Part shown: in pieces, positions 1-13,606 of the stretch
How positions within the stretch are numbered: position 1 is the first letter of the stretch
Layout of the letters: each line of letters starts with the position of its first letter
NCBI RefSeq assembly: GCF_006345805.1
Contig: NC_042997.1
Location: 37,014,001 to 37,078,000, forward strand
Direction of reading: 5' to 3'
DNA: 64,000 nt
From: Octopus sinensis
Taxonomy: Eukaryota
Position numbers and translations under genes: made by a program
Notes under the pieces: generated by a model
The model's database searches: none
Told to the model about the DNA's origin: nothing
Seen by the model: the letters and a program-made list of their open reading frames with translations, nothing else

Positions 1-690
1 ATGAGATTTAGAGAGAAAGAAATTATTAACATTTTCTAAAGTAAGGCATTTTAGTTGTGCATACTGTGAGTTAAACAGTTCCAAATATTTTCTTTTATTA
101 TAAGCAATCTCCAAATATCACAGGCGTGTCTAGAATGTAACACCCTCTTTATATTAATTTGTTTCCTTGCCTTCCCCGTTTATCTCCAAAAACTCTTCGC
201 ACGTGTCTATGTTTATTAATATTTAAAGTTATAAGTTTAAGCATTGCTAAATATATGTTCTCATTTAATCTCTTTACACCCTATTTACAATTTCAAATGG
301 CTGAGTTCATTATTTTCTATTCTTCTTTTACTTTGTGTATACATATATATTGCAATAAATATAGGGTGTTCGTGCTAAATTTGGCAGTTTTCATAAAGGG
401 AATATCCCATCCAAAAATATGACTATCTAAAATACATTTAGATATATAAACTAGATTATGGCTGGAAGATACACCTTTTACAATGTAAACGCTCTCAACC
501 TCCACCATGACGTCAAAACTTTTTCTGGAACCTGGCATATAGTCACTATGTGGAGAGTTTCGAACATCTCCTTGAACTTGGCAACCTCGCTCGAATTTTG
601 CTGTTGCAAGCACACAGCGTTTGTCATCCTTCGCAACTGCGCCCTATTCATTCTGATCTATGGGATTACAATCGAAGCAATTAAGAGCCC

Positions 691-718
691 ATAAATAATA
701 ATGATGATAATAATAATA

Positions 719-784
<66 letters not shown>

Positions 785-812
785 TAATAATAATAATAAA
801 AATAATAATAAC
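691..812. repeat. (AAT)n microsatellite
   Basis: Direct inspection; source of the poly-L/poly-I pseudo-ORFs. Confidence 0.97.
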
Positions 813-998
813 AACATCGGAAAGGACCTTTGGAATGAGAACCCAGGTTGGAAATCTCCCCCGAGACACTTAATAATGGCTGGAGGGTATATCAGCCGAA
901 AAGTTGTTTTAACAACAAACAAGATGAGGACAGATATCCGTCAAATGTACATAATGTAAATCATTTATATAATTCCTCATCTCTCAAATATAGGACTG
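813..998 (+). mobile_element. Non-autonomous HHR-bearing repeat (same family as 45014-45578) with decayed hammerhead core
   Basis: Colinear with 45434-45578 and the reverse complement of 45014-45180. Core reads ACAC-TTAATAA-t-GGCTG..CAGCC-GAAA at 866-901. Confidence 0.85.
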
Positions 999-2816
999 TA
1001 TCAAATGCATTGGTTTACCATAAACATTTTCTTCGCATACCAAATACATAGCACTTTTAATTCCTAGATTAACTGAAAAACATAAGGTAGCATTGATCTG
1101 AAATTATCTTCAAAATTACAGGAACCAAAGCAAAATTGAAATATACTTTTAAAACTGGCAAAGAAAATTATTTTAAATTAATAGAGGGTAGAGACACGCT
1201 ATAGCAATATTATCAGTAATGCATGTTAAATAATCCAGTCTGCAATGGTTTTAGTATTCTTTGATGATGCCGTGATTTCCCGCTGAGTTATCTTTATAAT
1301 TCTTTTTGAGATACAGTGTGTCTGCATGAATTATATACATTTCAATTACTATTTATTTTACTGATTTCTAAAATACCTAGAAAAGATGGCATATTCTACT
1401 ATGAATTCATTTTATTTTTGTTCTTTTATGAATGCAAATATTAAGCTCTGGGAATAACTGCTTTAAATAATGTTTAGCGTTGTATTCTGCAGATGAAAAG
1501 TATGACTATGAATTTCCCGACGATTAGTTTAACATGATAGAATTTCCCGACGATATATTGGTATATGATGTTATTAGCTTGCTTTAAATTTTCCAGCCAA
1601 CGAAATTACAAATGATAGATTTATCACCATATAATTGCTTAAATTTCATGCAACGTTGTCAACTATAATCATTGGTCCTAATTTCTATGCAGTCATGTAT
1701 AAGTTTATATGCAAACATGCTGGCAAAAGTATACGCACACACTCATAGACACGCACGCTGATATCTATGTTATTGTGGGTTTGTGTACATGTGTGTTTGT
1801 GTACATGTGTGTGTTTGTGTGTGTGTGTGTGTGGCTGTCTGTACCCATGTACCTATGTGTATATATCTCTGCTGATATATTGCTTCATATACTTTACCGA
1901 TACTCACTTTCTGAGAAATATCTTCGTCCTATATTATGCAACAAAGTGTTACTCATTAGATATTTGTGTTAACAATAAATTGTCATCACTGACAGTATAT
2001 ACTCGAACAACAAATTCAGTGTTAGATTTACAACCGGAGTAAATCTTCTCAAAACGTTCATTTATTTTTCCCTCCATTTCATTATAATTTACTTTCTTCA
2101 ATTCTGTTTTGCTTCATTCATTTTACTCTCTTCACTTTTCATTCTTATCTGATTTCTTTATTACGTTTATTTATGTTCCTACATATCATGATTTTTTTAG
2201 ATCAATATATGTATATTTGTATTACGTTTTATATAAGTGGAAAAATTTACGTATATATTGAAATATAGCTATAATGTATAAGTATCAGCTCCTTTTATGA
2301 GTGCTCAGTTTATAACTGTGTAAACGACAATTAACCGTGGCTTTTGAGAGTTGATTTTGACAGTGATATTATTAACCTGCGGAGCGGAATTCAGGTTGAG
2401 ATTTCTGCCATTAAATCTTTAATTTATTCAGAGTCTTGTTGTTGGTGCGACATAGAAGACGCTGCTTTTCCAGTAATCAAAATGAGTGGAGCCTTGACCA
2501 AGAGACACCGATGTCATAAGGTACTATCCAACGATGAGTGTAATATTTAAGCCTTACCAAAGCTTTCTTCTCTAACCTCATCATTTATGCTAGATACTAT
2601 TTCACATGTTGCCCCAATTTTATACATAATTAGTGAGGCATATATTAGGGAACTTCCAACTGAACAAATATAATTTGATGTTATTTTGGAATCTTTTAAG
2701 CAATTTGTCAACATTCAAGATAAATATTTGTATTGAGCTTTAAATCATTAGATTTATCCATTCTCAACTACGTTACACAGACACATGCATAACAGTAAAT
2801 TTACACATACACACAC

Positions 2817-2859
<43 letters not shown>

Positions 2860-3899
2860 TGTGCAGTATACATGGACATTTTATTCAATCCCGCGGCTTC
2901 TTGCAATACCATTGAATGCTTTCTTTATATTGGAGGTGACAAATCTCCGTTAGGCCGCAAGTACACTTCACTGAGAATATCCAACAGAGCCAAAAACCAT
3001 CTGGTGTGCACGATAGACACTTCTGTGATGATTTACGACAATTTTTAAAACAAAAGATATTTCCATCTCCACTGCATTTCGCCTACGTCTTTGCTCTGCT
3101 CCATGTTTCATTATGACTAAAGAAAATGAAACTTGTAATACCATTGCTTATTTTTTATCAATTATCGGTCTTTAACCCCAATTGTCTTCCCAAACTCCTC
3201 TCTCCAGGTGGAAGCCAGGATTTCCGGGGATGCAGATAAAACTCCAAATGTTAAGGAGCTGAATACATAAAATCCGGTCTACATATGTTTCATAGCGAGT
3301 AGAACCTAGGAAGAAGTAAATATACAAGTGTGGTGTATACCGCAGGCTACTCTTCCGATCAAGGGTATCTTAATTATATGAAGTTTAGTTTGTCTTTAGG
3401 AAGCCCATTTCAACAGTCGGAGGATTCGATGTGATAAAATTTACAACATTTCGCCCAAATAAAACACTACCGTTCCCGTAATTTATTTGTTCATGTTTCC
3501 TACGGATTCCTTGAAGCTCATTTCTTCCTACACCTCGATCTTTCAATCTTACCTACTTCCGAGATTCTGCTGGTAACGAAACATATGTAGCCCGGATTTC
3601 ATCTACTCCATTCCTTAACTTTTATATATACATATATGTATGTATGTATATGCATGTTTACATATTCATCGATTTCAGTTTCCACTTGTCCATTTTGTTA
3701 TCTGTTGACCATGAATATTTCCATTGTGTATAATGTTAGTGATCTCACGTGTGACTTCATGCCGTAACTCAGTTTCTCGAAGTATTATAGAACAGTATCA
3801 CAATTCCGCACTTGAATGGCTTCATTATTACTCTTAACTGATATAAAAGAAAGGAAGATAAGACACAGAAATAAATATCGAGGAAATGAACAATTCCAA

Positions 3900-4500
3900 A
3901 ATTCAGATACCGTTCTTATGTCATATTCATGACTGTAAACAAGGAGTCGGAGGTGGATTTGTAGTAATGGGTATTAAACATAATGACGGTTTAGAATCAA
4001 ATGAAATTGTTGTAAATGTGACTCAGTGCTAGAGAGGTAGCGTTGATGATGAGACCTCAATGGAATCATAGACGTCTACAAGCTGGGCAGACAGGTAAAG
4101 GAAGTAAAAGTAATGAAGGATTTAAGCAATACAGATGTAATACATATGGTGATGATACAATCATCAATATAGTAAGTGTCAGGGATTGATCCAGAGAACT
4201 AAAAGATAGTTTTGGCCTTTGCATTACCTGTATGCAGTTGCCTTATGTGTATCCTCTCCTAGTGCATATGACCTTCAGAGTTAAGTGCTAGATATACCTG
4301 GATTATTTGAAATAGTTCAATGTGAAGTCAAAGTCAGCGAATCGACTCTTTGCACATATGTACAAAGGGATCCGGAATCTATCTGACGGTGAATAACCCT
4401 TGATTTAAGAGATGAATGTAGCTTCATTTGAGTCAGTACGCGGAGAAAAATGGCGCGGGGTGGTTCTTGTAGGTGGAGGTTTTAAAGGCGTAAAGGATGT
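3900..4500 (-). pseudogene. Possible ancient Penelope/Neptune-type RT remnant
   Basis: Minus-strand peptides RFADFDFTLNYF (4309-4344), YIDDCII (4151-4171) and HYYKSTSDS (about 3943-3969) occur in the order expected for PLE RT motifs (RLAELVLTLNxF, YIDD, HYKPTDS). Many stops and frameshifts. Confidence 0.35.
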
Positions 4501-6513
4501 AGCTGTTGCATGAAAATATACTTTAGGAGAAACGAAGTAACCCAGAAAAACACCAGTGACCCAGACAAACAGTTCTCACTATTCTCTTTCGTTACTTTGC
4601 ACCAGCAATGTCATCTGCTTCATGCAGTACAATGCCGGCGAGAGAAAACTGCAACAGAATAGTACAATGAAGATATAATTTGGTTTTCGTTTTAAATTAA
4701 AGAACAAAAAGGCGGTATGAAATAAAGGGGTACCAGTATATAAAAGTGTGACTTGGAAGGTAAGGCTAGAGACGGAGAAAAAGATAACAATGAACCTCCT
4801 TTAAATTTCATTATTATTATTATTTCAAATTATTATTTCTCACAGTTCATCATGTATTCTTTTATATATGACCAGATGTAGCTTGGAGATCTTAATTAAA
4901 ATTTATCTTATATTTAGTCAGAAGTAGCTTTTGGCCAGTTGGAGTTCTGTAAATGATCAAGTGTAGCATCAGCATAGGATGGAAGCTCGGTTTGTGTTGA
5001 ACATATTTTGGCGAGTATACTACAATGTGTATTTTGCAAATTAGATTCATTACAATAATTACGTATTTAATTATAAACCTATTTATATTTCAGTCCATTG
5101 CGGATTCTTAATTAATTCGATATTAATTCTTTGAAGTACTTCCAGACATCACACTGAAGATTTTGTTTTAATCGATTTAATAAAATGAAGCAATAAAGAA
5201 TGGGAAAAAATTGCTTATTTTATGTAAGAATTAGTAGTGCGTCGATCAAAATATCTTGGAGTATTAAATTAGATGTATAACATGGTTGGATTAATCTTTA
5301 TTTCAGGTTCGATAGCCCAGGCTTTTATTTAGTTAATCTCTATCGGGGCTACATTGGACCCTCCCAAATATATGGTCAGGTTTTTCTGCTGTAATATCTC
5401 TTTTCATTTAGAGAAATATAGATATGAATTAAAAGTAACTAAAATTTATTACATTAAGCAATAAAACGCCACGTCTGCCCCAGCTTTTATTATCCTGTCT
5501 TTATACTATTTACTATGATTTTCGAACAACATAATAGAAATAATTTTTCATTCGTTTTGAGGAGGTTTGTAACTTTAGAAAAAAGTTGGCTGAAAGGGAA
5601 AGGAAAAGAAATGGCACAGATTTATCACATTGAGATTCGTACGATGGGAGATTTTGAACCACTTGGTAGAACAGTAGATTACATGTAATATAAACAAAAT
5701 TTTATCCCCCAAAATTCACATTATCAGATACAACAAACATTGGACTAAGTTTCTGTTTCAAAATTCCGTTATAAAAAAAACAACAACAATCAATTTCTGA
5801 GAGTTGCTTCATCCAGTACACATTCTCCAGATATATAATATCAAAATTGTATTAGAAATTCGTATTTATTTAGAAATGTATATCAGAGGTGAGCATTTCC
5901 TTTAGGGTATATTCATTATTATTTCCAAGCGCGATTTTTAAAGCGGTGTATTGCATTTCACTAGAAAGTGTTGTAATGTATTCTGCATAATTTAATCAAA
6001 CAAATGGCGCATTTCCCCTTTCATTAATGATAGGAATTTAAGATACTCTAACGAAACGAAATGTTTATTATCCTAATAGATACTTGATATGTTCCAATGT
6101 CCAGTTATACATTTAAACCACGAGTTCTTAGAAAGAATTGAACGGTAGGCTATTAAAATGTAATGAGCTATTATCGAGTAATATAATTCACTTCAAAGTT
6201 AGATCCTTTTTAATATACTTCTAATGCAACATAATATTCTATTATGAATAATATCTCAGATATGATATTCCTGATAAATACTTATTCTGGATTTGTAACT
6301 GTATAAAATTGAATAATAAATTTTTCATTTCCAATATTTTATAAAGGTGCCAAATACACATTAAATATTAAAATTGGCGGTCATAACTCTTTCATTATTC
6401 ATTATTTTAAATTGTTCAAAGAGGAAACCAATGCATAATATATATGTTAGAAAGTCCTATAAAAACATATTTTGTAATTTTGTAATTTACATAGTTTGTA
6501 TGATATTTGAATT

Positions 6514-7090
<577 letters not shown>

Positions 7091-10000
7091 GTATTATATA
7101 TAATTTTATATTGATTATTTGCGTTGCATTTTTTGTATTTTGAAAGTGTAAAAATGTTGGGGTTTCTCCGGCACTTACATACAATTAACTCTTTTTAATA
7201 ATTTATCTATCTAATGATCAGATAACATTTTAGATATATATTCTTCCCAGTGGCGTATGCCTACTAGTAATTTCACTTATTATCAGAAGGGATATCGGCA
7301 ATAAGTGTCGCAGTTTTATCCAGTATCACTATTCCTGTTTCACATTTATCTTAATCATAGTGATTCCGACACTTTCTCTAAATATGTGAGCATGTTACGA
7401 TTTCCACAAATTTGCGTCACGTGTAAATGCATTTAGTGTGAGGTTTTTCTGAGTATTGCATACTGGATTCAGGAAATAGTGATTAGTTGGTGAACATGGC
7501 GAGTCTGGAAGGAGGAGAAAATTTCATTGCTCAAAGTCACTTTGATTCTTATATTTACCATGAAATACTCACATTGAAAAACCTACATGTCTTTGAAATA
7601 GTGAAAGAGTATTTCTAAGGAGACTCCAATATTACATAAGGAATCCGATATTCATATTCATAGAAATGTTGCACGTATCCTTTGGTGTGTGTTCAGGTGA
7701 TATGTGAATGTGATGCCAACAATAGGGAAATCCTGTAATGTTCAAAGAAATGTGTACATATGCAAAAATTGCAATTAGGTCATGGAATATCAGAATACAG
7801 GATAATGAATTTATAACCAAAACTTGTTATACAGCTTAATTAAAAGAATGTGTGTCACATACCTCTAGATGGCACACGTCACTTGATAAGAGACGGGTAA
7901 ATTAGCTAGGATGTTAGCCCTTATGGACAATTAAAATACATTGGTATGAAGTTTGAATAATTCAAAATGCTAGAAGATGCCTGATATGTACAGCTCTAGG
8001 AAAAACCAAAATGAAATGGAGAGAGAGTAAAGTAGATGGAAAATGGAATAGCCTGACAACGTTTTCATCATATAGTTGGATGATATAATGACCGAATACA
8101 TTGTTTTAACTCTTATAGACTAGGCTAGATGGTATTTCTGACGAAGAAATAACTGCCTCCTATGACAGACTGAGTTACATCTCGGTACACAGACAAGTTG
8201 TCATAAATTTAGCGGATACAGTAGCTAAAGTAGCAGGCTTGTACTTTAATTAATTGCCTTAAATTTTGTAGTAGTGCAGAGGAACGTAATCAGTTAGCAT
8301 ACACACCCGAGGCTATGTACGGAGGTCTTGTCTGAAGTATAATATAACCTTTCCTTAGCAGGCATTTTATCAAATATATAACACACTGCCTAAATACCAG
8401 TTTTCACCGGTAGTGAATTTGAGGGATAAAAGTGGGAGTACATATGGAGGATGTCTGCACAATTTCGAGACCAGCAGCTCTTACTGCTGCAATTTTCAAA
8501 GCAAGATAGGTATATAGGGATTTATATATGGTGATATAAAAATCATTAGTTTTCTTTCAAAACATTCAATCTGTATTTTTCGAGATGGTCGTTAGCACAA
8601 CGGAATATTGTATCGTGATTGTTCTAACGCTTCGTAGCTGAGAGTGGCAATTGTTTTTGTAATTGATAGACATGTATAAAGACAAATGAACACGCACAGA
8701 TATACATACACTCAGCAAAGCTCAAGAGCCAAGCGTAAGGGTATACGCAAACACGCACGTATATCTGTATGTTTCTGATACTGTGTTAACTATGGCATTG
8801 CTTACAAAGTTAAGATTCATGCAAAATTAGATATTTATTAGCCCACGAATGTATATTGCTTATGGCATATTTGTAAATATGACAGGAATAGAGCATTGAT
8901 CGAAAAGTCCAATATACACGTACATTAATATTTAAGCAGATCGATGTAGAAATGCAGGCATTATTATTCTAGTATATACTTGTTTGTGTATGTATATAAT
9001 GTATTTTATTCTTTCGTCTTGTGAAACTATATGCAGCAAGATATATGTACAACAACTATTTGTAAATATTATCCGTATTTTTTATATTTTCTTAATGTTC
9101 ATACAAAAATTCATATCTGTGTTGTATGATTTTAAAGAGGTAATCTGATGTAGAATCATGAAAATTATTTTGTATTATAAAAATGTTATATTCATAGGAT
9201 ATTAATTATCAATGGAGGTATTTCATTTGAAATAAATTATGCATGTTACAGAGCATACACTGTGCAATAAAGTAATTTCAAATATTTAACATACTTAAGC
9301 AGGTAAATGATAAACGAGTAAATTAATGATGACAGGAAGCATCTTAGTATTTAAGGTTGTATTGTTCAACAAAAACTATATGTAAAAGATTAACATGAGG
9401 AAAGTCAGTTAATTACATTCCAAATACCTGCTTCAATAATTTCTTGTAATATTGGTTTAACTTTTATAATTTTATGCTTTTCTTAGAATTCTGAGGTATA
9501 TTGTAATTGAATAGTGTCCCCAGGTTGGCGGATCTTCCTTATTTCTATATAATATTCTTATGATCTACGTCTATATCCAGTGTATACACATGTGTTAATC
9601 AGGCAATTTTAGCTTAATATTAATCAATTTTATATGAAGTAATTCATTATTAATACACAAGGAACAATTCACCCACTATTTAATAGATATTCTAAAAGTC
9701 CTAAATCAAAGGTGTACGAAACCTTAAATATGTTATCTTCACTATCAATGGGAATAACTTATACATTGCTATGATTCATCAAATACTTTCAACTTTGAAC
9801 ATCTAGCATCGTAATTTAGTTGCATTAGAATGGAGAGGAAATAGCTTTGCTACTCAATGAAACTTATACATGAAGCCATAACGGAGATTTTAACGGAGAT
9901 ACAGAAGGAGATCGATAACGAACTGCATAGAATATAAAGTATACTTTCATGATAAATGAGACATGCATAGTACATACGAAAATGAATCGGCTTTTTGTAT

Positions 10001-10629
10001 GCTACGTCATAGAAATTCAGCCTTCTCAAAATGAAGAGCAGCAATACCTATTTAAGCATATGCTATTCATTGCCAAAATGCTAATATTTATAATCAAGTT
10101 GGACGAATTTAATAATCAATTCTTTGCAATGATGTACTGAATATGTCAAACATTCAAGTTGAACATCTATGTCGCCGATAATTTAAAACGAAATGACATT
10201 ACATTCCTTTAGCAATTAATATATTCATGAAATATATACAATCCAAACAACCTCGAATGTGAGAAATACCACAATAATCTATAAACTTTCGTCATGAAAA
10301 TCATACATATTTAACAGACTATAGTTTACCTTTAGTATTATTTAGTACACAGTATAAAATGGTATACACTTTCCTCTAAAGTAAATATGTTTTCTTATTT
10401 AAAATATGTGCATGTTTCGGCTTCTGCTTCTTAAACGTAAAGAAATTTCGACGACAGCGGTGTATTTTAACGTTATATCAACCGCGTGCACTTCATAATC
10501 ATGTTCCATAGAATGAGTCGCATCTAAGAGAATCACATAACTACATAGCTTAGTTCACATCTTGTTTTCTCATCAGAATCATCTAAATCATTTCCCTTCA
10601 TCGATACATATCACATATAATTTTCGAAT

Positions 10630-10822
10630 TATGGCACATGGCCAGGAATTCCGGGGAATGGTGTGAGTCGGTTACATCGACTACAGTATTCAACTGGTAC
10701 TTATGTTATCCACCCCGATAATATAGAAGGCAAATCAATCTTGGCGGAATGAGTACTCAGAGAGGAAAGACTGACGAAAAGCTGCTAAGCATTTTGCCCG
10801 GTGTGTCAACAATTCTACCATT
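10630..10822 (-). mobile_element. Decayed SINE (family of 28562-29139)
   Basis: Reverse-complement similarity to the GCCTTTCATCCTTTCGGGGTCGATAAA..AAGTACCAG body. Confidence 0.75.
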
Positions 10823-12769
10823 TTGCTTCATATTCACATATTAGATGGAATTTCTTCCGTTAAAACTTACTTTTGGTCATCAATATTGCAATATTCGAAA
10901 CATTTGTCGCATTATTTCATAATAATAAATATCAAAGTCAAATTGAATATTGTTTTAAAGCCATTACAAAATTAACAACGGTGCATGCAATAAAAGAATT
11001 CAATACTGAGAGGAAAGACAAATTTTTAAGTTCGTGCTGACTAGGACACTGAGCCATTGGATAACAATTACTCCTACATGATGTGTATCAAAAATGAAAC
11101 ACGAGTTTTATTGTATTTTAAATCCTGTTCTTCACATTTACGTCTCTCAGTCACATTTAACTCCTAAGAAATATCTAAACGTAGATATTTTCGAAAGGGA
11201 TGAACGTACTTTTGCGACATTTAAGAATTTCTTATTTAATTTCTAAGACATTACAATAAGAGTCTAATCAGTTATTTTGAATCTAAGACCGAAATCTACT
11301 TGTTTAGTATATGGTTAGTGGATTAGGGAATTTATTAACATATACATACAAACGTTTCGGTATTCAATGATCAACAGATGCGTACAAATAGGTTACTGCT
11401 TTTTACTTGAAGTAATTACTTTATTATCTCTCACAACCACATGCGCTTTCATTTTCCCGACAAAAACTACCACAAAAGGAATTGCCTACTGGGAAAAGAA
11501 TGTCCCATCTATACTTGTTACGCAAGCAAGTTAATAGTTCAAAATATAGAAAAATACGCAATCGGATTTCAGCCAAAGTTTTGCAACAATATTGCAGCAA
11601 ACTTCACAATGAAAATACCAAGTAAATAAAACGGACATTCTCTTGCAGCTTAGTTTTAAACAACTATTAACAAAATACACAACCAACACAATATTAAGCC
11701 ATCATAAATTATATATACAAAAATGAAATTTTCTATCTCTTTAAAAATAAACGATAATCTAGCATGCTCTGCATGAAATTCATATATCTAATTTATGCAC
11801 GCATGAAAGTTATCCGTAATTCTGCTATACGGAGGATACAATTACAAAATTTATTGTAGGAGTACACCTATCATCTACAGAAGGCAACAGAGGAATGTAT
11901 TAAATATATCTTCCTAATAAAATGTTATGTATGTAATCTTCCCTACGAAATAAAATACATTTTGCAAGATATAGCATTAGCAACACAAAACTGCCAATAA
12001 AAACGCATGTAATAAATCTTAGTTACGACAGATATGACACGTCCTAACTGTTAAATGATGCATAGATTTACCAGTCATAATTTTCAATTTCGGTTATAAT
12101 ATTATTAATGTAAAATCATTCCTATGATTACTAGAAAATAATAACATGATACAGAAGAATAAACAACTTTTTGATATCATATAAGCATATATCTAACATT
12201 TTTATAGCACAGTAGCATTAACAATCCATCGAAAGAAATTATAGGCCAGTACGAAACAAAGTGAATCTTAAATACAAGAAAACATCTACGTATGCATGTA
12301 TGTACACAAAGTCATTATTCACGTTAATTTGAAGATTTCTCGCCAATGGAGAACGATCCAAGGCTTCCTCATTAGAATTTCAGCATCAACAACAGGGTAT
12401 TATTGTATGTGTGTATGTATACGCAAAGATGTGTATGTTTTGCTTTATGTATTTTTCCCATGCATATACTTCCGTATCTAGACATGTTCATATATTTATA
12501 TGATAAACTTCTGATTTTTACAGTTCTAGTGATAGATTAGATCTGTAGCATTGTGAAGCGTTATTTCTACAAAATTGGTATTTAGGCAGTGTGTTATATA
12601 TTCCAGTCTCCAAATAGTCACAGATATAAACCTAAACGTGTAATGTGGATAGAGTTACTCCAGATTTCTCAATAGTTCAGCTTAGGTATTTTCTTTTTCA
12701 TTAATCTTCAGCTTTATGTTAACATCTGCTGGGAAACTTATTGCCACAGCTGTAAACAGTTTCTCTTCC

Positions 12770-12943
12770 TATGTATGTATGTATGTATGTATGTATGTAT
12801 GTATGTATGTATGTATGTAGGTATGCATGTATGTATGTATGTATGTATGTATGTATGTATGTATGTATGTATGTATGTATGTATGTATGTATATGTATGC
12901 ATGTACGTATGTATGTATGTATGTATATATGTATGTATGTATG

Positions 12944-12977
<34 letters not shown>

Positions 12978-13035
12978 TGTATGTGAATATGTATGCATGT
13001 ACGTATGTATGTATGTATGCATGTATGTATGTATG
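12770..13035. repeat. (ATGT)n microsatellite
   Basis: Direct inspection. Confidence 0.97.
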
Positions 13036-13177
13036 TCTGAATGTATGTATATATTTACGTATGAAAGTATGTGGATATGTATGCATTTGTGTATGTATAA
13101 GCCTATGTCTGAATCTACTTACCTATTTAACTATATATCTAGCTAATTAATTATCTAAACCGACATTATATGAGGCT

Positions 13178-13585
13178 AGGCGTAGGTGTGGCTTTGTTGT
13201 ACGAAGATTGCATCTCCACCACATAGTTCCGGTTTCAGTCCCACTGCGTGTAACGTTGGGTAACTTTCTCGTTCTATAACCTCGGGCCGACCGAATCCTT
13301 TCGGGTGGATTTCGTAGAAGGAAACTGAAGGACGCCTGCCGTATATATAATTATATGAATATATTTATACGTGCCTGCCTTTGTGCCTGTGTTTGTCCCC
13401 CAGCAATCGCTTCATAACCCAGCTGCGTTTACGCCCTTGAAAGAGACCGTTAGGATAAGTATTAGATTTACAAAGAATAAGTCGTGGGGTCGATATATTC
13501 GGCTGAAAACCACTTAAGGTGGTGCTCCAGCATCACCGCAGGCAAATGACTGAAACAAGTGAAACGATAAAAGAATAAAAGAATA
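13178..13585 (+). mobile_element. tRNA-derived SINE (same family as 6514-7090)
   Basis: Colinear diverged copy ending in an AAAGAATAAAAGAATA tail. Confidence 0.88.
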
Positions 13586-13606
13586 TGTATATCTATATAT
13601 ATATGA

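Noticed and set aside
317-694. Overlapping ORFs in a moderately GC-rich patch
   Set aside because: No recognisable motif or convincing splice pair; left unassigned.
7300-8600. Possible decayed retroelement coding sequence
   Set aside because: Only vague motif hints, not supportable by eye.
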